A stretch of DNA of 64,000 bases, taken from assembly GCA_051252375.1 (NCBI GenBank), contig JBPOFY010000001.1, forward strand, positions 224,001-288,000, in the 5' to 3' direction. The notes under the pieces were generated by a model. It worked only from the letters and a program-made list of their open reading frames with translations, ran no database searches and was not told the origin of the DNA. Position 1 is the first letter of the stretch. Each line of letters begins with the position of its first letter. The position numbers and the translations under genes were made by a program. Shown in pieces: positions 31,549 through 40,827 of the stretch. The DNA is from Opitutaceae bacterium. GTDB taxonomy: Bacteria; Verrucomicrobiota; Verrucomicrobiia; Opitutales; Coraliomargaritaceae.

Positions 31549-31765
31549 ATTAAATAGTGAACATAATTATACTAAAATGATTGCGCCATGAAATATCCAT
31601 CTCACTCTCCAACTCCCCGCGTCATCAATATTTCGACAGCATCCACATCTAATATCTCAGGTTTTAGCATTTGCTCCTTCACTCGCCCTAAGGGCACCCA
31701 GTTCAGTAGCCCCTTCGGGGCAAACTGGACAAGCCAGTTCACCATCTCCGCGCTGTCGCGCTTCG

Positions 31766-31818
31766 TCAGTATTTCAGTATTTCAGTTTTCAGTTTTCAGA
31801 TTTCAGATTTCAGATTTT
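31766..31818 (+). repeat. TTTCAG-type 8/7-bp tandem array
   Basis: tcagtatt x2, tcagttt x2 and tcagatt x3, just upstream of the polymerase GTG. Confidence 0.85.
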
Positions 31819-31824
31819 TAAAAC

Positions 31825-33072
31825 GTGTCTCTCCGCTATCTATTCATCGATTTCGACAGCTTTTTTGCCTCTGTCGAGCAGCAGTTCCGCCCCGAACTGC
31901 GCGGTAAGCCCGTGGGCGTGGTGCCCTCGCTCGGCGTCGAAACCACCTGCTGCATCGCCGCGAGTTACGAAGCCAAAGCCTATGGCGTAAAAACTGGCAC
32001 AGGGGTGCGCGAAGCGCGATACCTCTGCCCAGGCATTACCTTTGTGCAAGGCAACCACACCCGCTACGTCCAAGCGCACGAAAAAATCCATAAGCTCATC
32101 CACAGCGTCATTTACGTCGATGCCGTGCTCTCAATCGACGAAATGTATGGTCGCCTGCCTCCCCGCTGGCAGCCGCCCGAAATCGCCCGCGCCAAAGCAC
32201 TCGAAATCAAGACCACACTTTTACAAGGACTCGGTCCTCACATCCGAGCCTCCATCGGCATCGCTCCCAATCGCTTCCTAGCTAAACTCGCCAGCAAACT
32301 CGAGAAACCCAACGGCCTGGTTCTCATCGATTTCGAATCCATCCCCGACGCACTGCTACGCATGCCACTCAGCGAAGTCACCGGGATCGGACGCCGCATC
32401 GAACAACGCCTCCGCACCGCCCGCATCCTCACGATGGACGATCTTTATCGAGCGACACGCCGAAAGTTGCACCGCATTTGGGGTTCAATCGAAGGCGACC
32501 GCATGTGGTATGCCCTGCGCGGAATCGAGCTACCGCCAGTGGAAACGCACCGCGGCACGATCGGTCATTCCCATATCCTTCCACCCCGGCTCCGCACAGT
32601 CACTGGCGCCCACTCCGTCCTCCACCGCATGCTCCAAAAAGCCTGCCGTCGACTCCGCGCAATGGATTACTTTGCCGGGCAACTCGAAGTGCAGGTTAAA
32701 TTCGGCTTCGACTTACGCTGGCGCGCTCAAGCCCACTGCTTCGCCACCCAAGACTCCCTTATCCTCGGTGAACGCCTCAATGAACTCTGGAGTCAACGTC
32801 CCGAAGATGTCCCCAATCCCACAAAAGTAGCCGTCACACTAGAACAGCTCACCCACGGGAACTCACACACACCCTCACTCTTCCCCGAAGAAAACCACCC
32901 ACGCCGCATCGCCCTCCAACAAGTCATGGACAACATCAACAAACGCTACGGCGGCCGCACCCTTTATTACGCCCCCGCCATGCAAGCCCAACGCTCCCCC
33001 GAAGCCGCCCCCATGCGCATCGCCTTCAACCATATTCCGGATCTCGAATTGGAAGATGATGGAGGATTGTAG
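31825..33072 (+). CDS. Y-family translesion DNA polymerase (DinB/UmuC-like)
   Basis: FIDFDSFFASVE, IAASYEAK, catalytic SIDE, SIGIAPN, AKLAS and KPNG. Confidence 0.9.
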   Translation: MSLRYLFIDFDSFFASVEQQFRPELRGKPVGVVPSLGVETTCCIAASYEAKAYGVKTGTGVREARYLCPGITFVQGNHTRYVQAHEKIHKLIHSVIYVDAVLSIDEMYGRLPPRWQPPEIARAKALEIKTTLLQGLGPHIRASIGIAPNRFLAKLASKLEKPNGLVLIDFESIPDALLRMPLSEVTGIGRRIEQRLRTARILTMDDLYRATRRKLHRIWGSIEGDRMWYALRGIELPPVETHRGTIGHSHILPPRLRTVTGAHSVLHRMLQKACRRLRAMDYFAGQLEVQVKFGFDLRWRAQAHCFATQDSLILGERLNELWSQRPEDVPNPTKVAVTLEQLTHGNSHTPSLFPEENHPRRIALQQVMDNINKRYGGRTLYYAPAMQAQRSPEAAPMRIAFNHIPDLELEDDGGL

Positions 33073-33081
33073 ATTAGGCAC

Positions 33082-33105
33082 AAAAAAGCGGCATTATGCC
33101 GCCTT
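33082..33105 (-). terminator. Intrinsic terminator between convergent genes
   Basis: aaaaaa-gcggca-tta-tgccgc hairpin; U-tract on the minus transcript. Confidence 0.65.
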
Positions 33106-33149
33106 ACTAACGAAGGGCAAAATGCCCCGCTTACTCGGCTCAATTCTCT

Positions 33150-34988
33150 TTACTCCCAATCAAAACGGAAGAAGCGCGACTGTTCAGGATCAACTGGGAC
33201 AAGATAACGATAAGTCACCCGCTCCATTCCATTCGCCAACGCAGTCGTCGCTCTAACCTCAAAGTTTTCACTTAAAGCCAGAGTAAAACCGACTGCTAAG
33301 TCTTCGCTCACTTCCAAAGTATACGTAAGCGTCCCATCCGCTGGCGGACGTTCCAAACAAAATTCAAAATACGACTCTGAAGCCTCTTCGACAATCGCAG
33401 ACGGCGCACTTTTGAGTATCAGTTTGGGTGTCCCCTGAAAACGATATAGCTTCCAATTGGTCTTACTCGCCAAATATAAATTGCCATAACTATCTTTACC
33501 AAAACGCATATTCGCTCGGCTGTTACCAACAATTATAGCCAGATCTGTGGGCACACCACTCGCATCTACCAAGGGCAACTCCAACATTTCAGCGTTCTCA
33601 GCATCAGAATCCAGCGTTGCTACCGCACCATAAAAAATTTGATCCGTAGAAATATTACCAAACAAATAGATTCCGCTTAATTCTTCTGACCAAAAGCCCT
33701 CATAATAATCACCACCGACCACTGCGGACGTTCCATTTAAGTTATTACCTTCATGCGTAAACTGGAAGACGGGATACTTGAATCCATCATCGCTCGCGCC
33801 TGATCGAGCCAACGTTTCCTGAACTAAGTTCATCTGATTTTTATCCCGCACATAATAAGTAACCGCAGGATCATCGACCGCTCCCGAGGGCATCCATACC
33901 ATCGACTCATCAGCTCCGAGCGGTGAACCATCGACTTGATCACACCAAGGAACTAGGAAAGTTCCTTCTCGATTTGGCCATCCATAATTCCCACCAGAAA
34001 AAAGAACATTAATCTCTTCTGCAGTGTGCTCACCAACATCCGCAACAATGGGACGCCCTTGAGGGGAGAAAGTTAAAGACAGAGGGTTCCGAAAACCTTT
34101 TGCAAAGAGTTCCTCTCGATGCCCGGCAATATCAATATAAGGATTATCTAAAGGAATCGAAAACTTACCATTATCCGATCGTCGCAAACCTTGGACTAGA
34201 AGCTCACCATCAGTTTTACTGGATGGGTCAAGGGGATCGATGCGAATAACTCCAGCATGAATAGTATTAAAATCCTGCCCAACATTGGAGACATCTGATA
34301 CTAAGCTCAACTGGCTAGTTGACGTGTATGAAACACCTCCCGTCTTTGCTCCATTATCTCCAAAACAAGCATATAGATAACCATCAGAATCAAATCCTAA
34401 TTGTTGCACAGTGTGCCATACATGTTCAAAACGGACCCGAAACAGTTGCCGGTAAGTCGGTTCACCATTAACCAACTGATTAAAATTCCATTCCGCTAAA
34501 ACATACTCCGATTCAAAGTAACTAGTGCCGTATTCCGGTGGATCAGTGGCATCCTGATTTTCTTTGTGAGCAGTATAAACTAAACCATTTACCGCATAGT
34601 CGGGATGAAAGGCAAAGCCGCGTAAGCCGCGCGAAGGGCTATAGCCAGTTGCATCATTAAACAGAGGACGCAAAGCCGCTACATCCAATAATGCTTCTGA
34701 GCCCACGTTTCCGTCCAAATCATACTCCCAGATGCGCCCCTCCTTCAAAGCAACAAAGAGCGAGTCACCACGCCCAACGATCTGCTGCACTTGCCCACCG
34801 CCAGGTAGTGTCGCCAATTCAACCAATTGAACTGCTAGATCTACAGACCCAGTCGCCCGAGCTCCCAAGCCATAATCCGCGAGTGCCTTACCGGCAGGTA
34901 ATTGATCACTAATGACATTAGTCGCACCATAGAGACAAGACGACAGACCCAATAGAGCGGGAAGCAGAAAAGCACGGATAACCATCAA
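33150..34988 (-). CDS. Secreted PQQ-dependent sugar dehydrogenase-like beta-propeller protein with an extra C-terminal domain
   Basis: Signal peptide; GLRGFAFHPDY, DGYLY, GDNG, IPLDNPY, GFRNP, ADVG, EEIN and GGNYGWP. Confidence 0.8.
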   Translation of the reverse strand: MMVIRAFLLPALLGLSSCLYGATNVISDQLPAGKALADYGLGARATGSVDLAVQLVELATLPGGGQVQQIVGRGDSLFVALKEGRIWEYDLDGNVGSEALLDVAALRPLFNDATGYSPSRGLRGFAFHPDYAVNGLVYTAHKENQDATDPPEYGTSYFESEYVLAEWNFNQLVNGEPTYRQLFRVRFEHVWHTVQQLGFDSDGYLYACFGDNGAKTGGVSYTSTSQLSLVSDVSNVGQDFNTIHAGVIRIDPLDPSSKTDGELLVQGLRRSDNGKFSIPLDNPYIDIAGHREELFAKGFRNPLSLTFSPQGRPIVADVGEHTAEEINVLFSGGNYGWPNREGTFLVPWCDQVDGSPLGADESMVWMPSGAVDDPAVTYYVRDKNQMNLVQETLARSGASDDGFKYPVFQFTHEGNNLNGTSAVVGGDYYEGFWSEELSGIYLFGNISTDQIFYGAVATLDSDAENAEMLELPLVDASGVPTDLAIIVGNSRANMRFGKDSYGNLYLASKTNWKLYRFQGTPKLILKSAPSAIVEEASESYFEFCLERPPADGTLTYTLEVSEDLAVGFTLALSENFEVRATTALANGMERVTYRYLVPVDPEQSRFFRFDWE

Positions 34989-35069
34989 GAAAAACTAGAG
35001 CATTAGAATGCCTAATCAATATATTTCAACCTAAGGACAAAGCTCACACCAATCCCACACTGACCAAAC

Positions 35070-35100
35070 AAAAAGGCAGCCGCATTGCTGCTGGCTGCCT
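35070..35100 (-). terminator. Intrinsic terminator closing the polysaccharide locus
   Basis: Hairpin aggcagcc...ggctgcct with a preceding A-run. Confidence 0.75.
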
Positions 35101-35123
35101 CTAGAATAGAATGTTGGAGACTA

Positions 35124-35783
35124 TCAGGGATTAAAGATATGATGCTTCGGTAAATCAGCAAAAGCACGGTCAGCTATTTTACTCTCCGAAAAGAGCACCA
35201 CCCAAGCAGTTACGAAAATGATCTTCATATCCAATAAAAAAGACTTTTTCCGCTTATACCACAGCTCCACTGCTCCCTTGAAAGGTGCAATCTCTCGCTT
35301 GTAGAATTCGTGATAGTCTTCACCGCTTTCGTGAATAATGTTTTCCTCGTCGCGAAAGATAATCGAGCCGATACCCGTCAAACCGGGCTGCACATCTTGA
35401 ATCTCATCCAAGATTTCTACTGGAATGTAATCTCGTGTTTCTTTGGTCAAAGGACGTGGGCCCACCACACTCATATCACCCACAAAGATATTCCACAGCT
35501 GCGGCACTTCATTGAGTTTTGTCTTACGCAAGAATCCCCCTAAGGGCAAAACGCGTGGATCATTCTTTTTCGTAATCGTGCCCGTCCCGATGTTTGGACT
35601 GTCCTTTAGCATCGTGGCAAATTTCAGGACATCAAAGTTCTTACCATTCCGCCCCACACGTGATTGACGGTAAAAAACCTCCCCTTCTCCAGTAAAACGA
35701 AGGATGATAGCAAGTATGATTCCGATGGGCGAAAAAGCCAGCAATGCCAGGCCCGAGGAGATAATATCAAATAGTCTTTTCAT
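35124..35783 (-). CDS. Initiating phosphoglycosyl transferase (bacterial sugar transferase, PglC-like)
   Basis: MKRLFD, KFATM, DPRV, LRKTKLNEVPQL, GDMSVVGPRP and PGLTG. Confidence 0.9.
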   Translation of the reverse strand: MKRLFDIISSGLALLAFSPIGIILAIILRFTGEGEVFYRQSRVGRNGKNFDVLKFATMLKDSPNIGTGTITKKNDPRVLPLGGFLRKTKLNEVPQLWNIFVGDMSVVGPRPLTKETRDYIPVEILDEIQDVQPGLTGIGSIIFRDEENIIHESGEDYHEFYKREIAPFKGAVELWYKRKKSFLLDMKIIFVTAWVVLFSESKIADRAFADLPKHHIFNP

Positions 35784-35787
35784 AATA

Positions 35788-36978
35788 TTACATTCGGGAA
35801 TCGAGATATTTCCCCTTCTCTTCATGGCTCAGTTCAGGGAGCACACTTAAATACAAATCGACCATCGCCGCTTTATTCCACGGTCCCTTCGACTCTCGGA
35901 TATCGGCAATTCCACTTTCAAATTGATCTAAAACCGTCGCATCATAATCAGCTTGATTTTTAATCACCCCTATCCCGCCGAATGTATCCAGATCCAGCGT
36001 CTCATTGCCCATGAAGAACTCCTCGTATGCCTTCTCCCCTGTCGTATCACTGCCAAAGAAATATACTGGCCATTTATTCTGGGGGATCAATTCAGCAGCC
36101 CGATCTCTGGCCTCATCTTCCGTGGCACATTGCACGGGTTCGTAACCATGACTTTCCAAAAAGCGAATCGCGATATCTGAAAATTTCGTCAACTCAAGCT
36201 CCCCATCTTGATGCGGAAAAAAGATATCTAAATTCTCACCAAAAATCGCCGACATCATGCAAAGCTCACCTGACTCCTGTGGGGTTACAAAATAACGCTT
36301 CACGTCATTCGGAGCCGAGAGTGGCTGATGCTTCATCATGCGTTGAGTAAATCCATGCAACAAGCTACCGTCACTAAAAGCAACATTCGCAAAACGCGCC
36401 ATCGAAACATCCACTGCAGATGACTCGCGATGAAGGAACTTCTCCATTATCCGTTTAGAACCACCCATCAAATTCACAGGGTTAGCCGCTTTATCGGTAG
36501 AGACCGCGAAATACTTTCTTGCACCCTGCGCTGCTGCCAGACGTGCCGTCTTCACTGTATTGAAAACATTAACTTCGAGCATACGCATTAAAGTATACGG
36601 ATCCTTCTCACTGCGCACGTGCTTCAGCGCCGAGAGATTACAGATGTAATCATAGGGCTCTTGCGATTCAATAAAGGCATCAAAATAGCGGCTATTCACA
36701 TCAACTGGTATCGTTTGAAAATCACCACTACCATACCCCAAGGTGCTGCGCACATCTCGAACCAATTCCACCAAATTATTCTCACTGATATCGACCACAT
36801 GCAAAGCACGTGGATCGCGCTTAAAGAATTCCCGCACGACAGCCTGCCCAATCGTACCTGCACCACCGATCACTAAAATACGTGCGGGTTGAATCGCAGC
36901 CCTTAAAGCCGACTCCCGGGCTTCAACATCGGCTGAAAATAACGGACGCGTGCGCCCAACAATGTGCATTATATTCAT
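35788..36978 (-). CDS. Soluble UDP-GlcNAc 4,6-dehydratase family protein
   Basis: GGAGTIG, SALKHVR, STDKAANP, MGGSKR and ARFANV. Confidence 0.85.
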   Translation of the reverse strand: MNIMHIVGRTRPLFSADVEARESALRAAIQPARILVIGGAGTIGQAVVREFFKRDPRALHVVDISENNLVELVRDVRSTLGYGSGDFQTIPVDVNSRYFDAFIESQEPYDYICNLSALKHVRSEKDPYTLMRMLEVNVFNTVKTARLAAAQGARKYFAVSTDKAANPVNLMGGSKRIMEKFLHRESSAVDVSMARFANVAFSDGSLLHGFTQRMMKHQPLSAPNDVKRYFVTPQESGELCMMSAIFGENLDIFFPHQDGELELTKFSDIAIRFLESHGYEPVQCATEDEARDRAAELIPQNKWPVYFFGSDTTGEKAYEEFFMGNETLDLDTFGGIGVIKNQADYDATVLDQFESGIADIRESKGPWNKAAMVDLYLSVLPELSHEEKGKYLDSRM

Positions 36979-37024
36979 AAGTATTTTAAAAGTTTAGAAA
37001 TTATCGGTGAATACAAAAATGGGA

Positions 37025-38890
37025 TCAACTCTCGATCCGATTCACCAGTAGATTGAGCATGGCTGTTTTGGCAACTTCACTGGAAGATGAAGTTTCACAC
37101 TCTATAAAGCTTTCAAACTCATGGAGGAACTTCGACGGTTCTGAGAACTCGACAACAGAAGAGGCAATCCTTGAAATTTTAGAATGCTTGGTCGGCATTA
37201 ATATTTCGTCCTCATATTGAAGCACCTCCTCCATTTTCTCACCAGGGCGTGCTCCTGTGTATGTGATCTCAATATCCACATCAGGCTCCAGACCTTTCAA
37301 GCGAATTAGATCTCGAGCAACATCATCGATGCGCACCGGCTGTCCCATATCCAAAACAAACAGTGCATTCTTTTCGTCAAATGAAGACGCCTGCAACACC
37401 AACCCCACCGCTTCTGGAATTGTCATAAAATAGCGCGTCATGGAAGGATCTGTAACGGTCACAGGGCCTCCGCGATCAATTTGTTTCTCAAAGATAGGGA
37501 TAACACTCCCCGAAGACCCGATTACATTCCCAAAACGAACAATAGAAAAATCGACTTCTCCTGAACCGCCCGTTGCAATCAACGCTTGAATCGCAAGCTC
37601 AGCGAGTCGCTTGCTTGCCCCCATCGCACTTGACGGATACACCGCCTTATCTGTTGAAATTAGGCAGAAGCTTTGCACTGAGTATTCCACCGCTAGTTTT
37701 GCAAACTCATAGGTCCCAAAGGCATTATTAAGAAATGCCTCCATAGGTTGACGCTCCATCATACCAACATGCTTATGAGCCGCGGCATGATAAATAATGT
37801 TCGGACGAAATTCTTCGAACAACTGACGAAGCTCTCGAGTATTTTTAATATCTGCTACCCTTGTCTCCAACTGCACTTTGACACCAGAATCCAACAATAT
37901 TTTCTCGGTAAGAAACAACGCACTCTCACAACGATCCACGATAATCAATCGCGAGGGCTCCATACTTGCTAACTGATACGCCAGTTCCTGGCCAATACTC
38001 CCCCCAGCGCCGGTCAACAGAACGACATGATTTCCCACAAATTCATGAATTTCAATAGGGTCTATTTTAACAGGGTCTCGATAAAGCAAATCTTCAATGT
38101 TCACTTCACGCGTTTGAGACGCACGAAAACTACCACTTACAATTTCCCCTACAGACGGAACGGTTTCTACCGGTATCTTGTGTTGCTTTAATAGAGAAAC
38201 CAACGCGCGCAATCTCTCCGGCGAAGCGCTAGGCATCGCCAAAATAACTTTATCCAAATCATGTGTGGCGAAGAACGACGGAATTTGCTCCGGAGCGCCT
38301 GCAATTGGAATACCATGCAACTGCCTGCCATGCTTCTCTGAGCTATCATCAAAAAATATGACTGGGCGCATGCCTAATTCTGGTTGCGATATTAACTCTG
38401 AAACAAGAGCCGAACCCGCTTGACCGGCACCTACGATTGCCACGCGTTCCAATTTCTTACCACCACGAAAAAATCCTTTGCGTCGTTCGTCGACAATACG
38501 AATACCGCCCCTAAGTCCCATCACGGAGAACGTAAAGAGTATGTAATCGGTCAATAGTACCGAAGCAGGTGGCACGTATTGATAGGAACTAACGACCCAG
38601 ATTGCTAACAGCACCGCGGTCGCGAGACTTGAGCCCACAAACAGACGTATTGCATCGGGCAGTCTGAAGAAACGGAGCAGTCCTGTGAATTGGCCCAAGG
38701 CATAAAGGCAAACCATCTTAAACGTCAGAATCCACAGCCCTTGAATCGCAACGAGATCCCGAAAACGTTCGGGTATCCCATCAATTCCAGAGTAGAACCC
38801 AAAACGAAGCTTCCAGGATAACCAATAGCTCACAAGCGCCGCACTGCCATACAATGCGATCAGTATTATAAATCTTAGGGGGCGAGACAT
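37025..38890 (-). CDS. Membrane-bound nucleotide-sugar 4,6-dehydratase (PglF/CapD/WbpM type)
   Basis: N-terminal TM helices; TGAGGSIG, HAAAHKHV, ISTDKAV, RFGNV and RPGEK. Confidence 0.92.
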   Translation of the reverse strand: MSRPLRFIILIALYGSAALVSYWLSWKLRFGFYSGIDGIPERFRDLVAIQGLWILTFKMVCLYALGQFTGLLRFFRLPDAIRLFVGSSLATAVLLAIWVVSSYQYVPPASVLLTDYILFTFSVMGLRGGIRIVDERRKGFFRGGKKLERVAIVGAGQAGSALVSELISQPELGMRPVIFFDDSSEKHGRQLHGIPIAGAPEQIPSFFATHDLDKVILAMPSASPERLRALVSLLKQHKIPVETVPSVGEIVSGSFRASQTREVNIEDLLYRDPVKIDPIEIHEFVGNHVVLLTGAGGSIGQELAYQLASMEPSRLIIVDRCESALFLTEKILLDSGVKVQLETRVADIKNTRELRQLFEEFRPNIIYHAAAHKHVGMMERQPMEAFLNNAFGTYEFAKLAVEYSVQSFCLISTDKAVYPSSAMGASKRLAELAIQALIATGGSGEVDFSIVRFGNVIGSSGSVIPIFEKQIDRGGPVTVTDPSMTRYFMTIPEAVGLVLQASSFDEKNALFVLDMGQPVRIDDVARDLIRLKGLEPDVDIEITYTGARPGEKMEEVLQYEDEILMPTKHSKISRIASSVVEFSEPSKFLHEFESFIECETSSSSEVAKTAMLNLLVNRIES

Positions 38891-38955
38891 ACGAAATAAT
38901 GGGGATGAACCCAAAGAACATCAAAGTAGCGTGGCAAACGCAACGGGCGAGTCCA

Positions 38956-40110
38956 CTACAACCCTGCCGTGCTGGGGATATTAATAATGCGTTGCGCAAG
39001 GGACTCAGTCACGGGGAGTTCCATTCGTGGACAATCGGCATACATGGGCAGTTCATGTAGCGGAATCCAAATCGGTCGCGTCATGATGTTCTGACTATTT
39101 GTCATTTCTAGTATTTGATTGCGCAGCTCCAGGTCAGGCTTGTCCAAAATCAGCGCATTCAACCAATAATTGCTACGACAGCCTTCCGGTTCGGTTACGA
39201 AGCTTACGCCCTCCATGTCAGCAAATGCTACTTGGTAGCGCTCGGCTAATGACCGTTTCTGCGCAAGCATCCCTGGTAGCTTTTCCATTTGAGCACAGCC
39301 CATGGCGGCATTGAGTGCGGGCATACGATAATTATACCCCAATTCATCGTGGAAAAACTCCCACTTGTGCGGACGTTTGGCTGTAGTCGAGAGATACTTT
39401 GCTTGATCAGCCAATTCGTCATCGTTGAAGAGAATCGCGCCCCCTCCTCCAGTCGTAATGACTTTATTCCCGTTGAAACTCAAAGTGCCACAAATGCCGA
39501 AGTTGCCAGTGTGGCGATCACCCGAGTAGGAACCGAGCGACTCGGCAGCATCCTCGACAACTGGCAGATGATAACGATCCGCAACCTTAACCAACTCTTC
39601 GATAAAGACAGGGTGGCCAAAGGCATGCATGGGCACCACGGCCGAAATTCGACGACCGGTTTCACGGTTATAACATCCATCATCACGAAGTTCTGCAACT
39701 GACTCTAGGCGCTCAGCAAGCACAATTGGATCCAGACCAAAACGTGACGCTTCGACATCTACAAAATGAGGGGTCGCTCCTACATAGCGAACGGCATTGG
39801 CTGTCGCAACAAAAGTCAATGAAGGGATGATCACTTCATCTCCCGGTTGCACGCCTGCAACGCGCAAGGCCAAATGGAGCGCGGCAGTGCCGTTTACGCA
39901 TAAAACTGCACGCTTCGCACCAGTGAACTCGACCAAAGCGGCTTCGAATCGATCGCAAAAAGCTCCAACAGAAGATACCATATTGGACTCTACGCACTCT
40001 CGGAGCAGGTCGACCTCACGATTGTCGAAGATCGGGATATGTAAGGGAGTGAAGTTCTCGCGGGGGCCGATAACAGAATGGATACGATCTAGAATTGTTG
40101 ACGGGTTCAT
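38956..40110 (-). CDS. LegC-family (DegT/DnrJ/EryC1) sugar aminotransferase
   Basis: VSSVG, NGTAALH, EDAAESLGS, SFNGNKVITTGGGG and GYNYRM. Confidence 0.9.
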   Translation of the reverse strand: MNPSTILDRIHSVIGPRENFTPLHIPIFDNREVDLLRECVESNMVSSVGAFCDRFEAALVEFTGAKRAVLCVNGTAALHLALRVAGVQPGDEVIIPSLTFVATANAVRYVGATPHFVDVEASRFGLDPIVLAERLESVAELRDDGCYNRETGRRISAVVPMHAFGHPVFIEELVKVADRYHLPVVEDAAESLGSYSGDRHTGNFGICGTLSFNGNKVITTGGGGAILFNDDELADQAKYLSTTAKRPHKWEFFHDELGYNYRMPALNAAMGCAQMEKLPGMLAQKRSLAERYQVAFADMEGVSFVTEPEGCRSNYWLNALILDKPDLELRNQILEMTNSQNIMTRPIWIPLHELPMYADCPRMELPVTESLAQRIINIPSTAGL

Positions 40111-40170
40111 GATGAATATTTGTTAAAACTTTATAAGTGAACAATGAGTCCGAGGGAAGTCAGTCGAATC

Positions 40171-40794
40171 TCACGAAGGCGTTTTAGTGCTAATAATCCT
40201 TGCGGGGTTACCGGCTACGATAGAATCGGCAGGAATCTCCTTAAGAGAAACAACCGAGCCCGCACCGACAATGCATCGAGCACCAATGGTGACCCCTTTT
40301 AGAATAATTGAGTTTGTCCCGATAAATACATCATCACCGATCGTGACCGGAGCCGTCCGACAATTTTCCCGGTCTAGTTTGGCGACACGACGATGCTCCG
40401 GATCTAGGGAGTGAAAATCATGGTCGAATATTCTGACGTTACCACCAACAGTAACATGATCACCCACTTGGATACGACTCTTAGAAGAGAGGATTGCCCC
40501 CGAGATTCCAGTATGATCACCAATCACGATTTTTCCGTCACCGTAGCAGCAAAGCACGGATGGGTTAGTCATCCCGACTAGATTCGACATGAAGCGTGAG
40601 TTAATAGTCACGCCCTCTCCAATCTCGATGACATTGGGCTCGCGGCACTGTATGATCAGTCGACCATCCACTCTGAAACCAACACCCGCTCGGCAGCCAT
40701 GCATCCAGAGAGAGAATCGCGATACTAGCGTCCAAAACATCCGAGACAATCGGAGGAAGGCATTTTCCCAAATACGGATTATGAGAAACTTCAT
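40171..40794 (-). CDS. Hexapeptide-repeat acyltransferase
   Basis: DHDFH, IGDDVFIG, ILKGVTIG and AGNPAR. Confidence 0.88.
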   Translation of the reverse strand: MKFLIIRIWENAFLRLSRMFWTLVSRFSLWMHGCRAGVGFRVDGRLIIQCREPNVIEIGEGVTINSRFMSNLVGMTNPSVLCCYGDGKIVIGDHTGISGAILSSKSRIQVGDHVTVGGNVRIFDHDFHSLDPEHRRVAKLDRENCRTAPVTIGDDVFIGTNSIILKGVTIGARCIVGAGSVVSLKEIPADSIVAGNPARIISTKTPS

Positions 40795-40827
40795 AAATAT
40801 TTTCTATGTAACAACGGAGACGGGTAT

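Noticed and set aside
31304..31824. Verrucomicrobial LexA box (TGTTC-N4-GAACA) upstream of the polymerase
   Set aside because: Only GAACA half-sites were found; no complete box.
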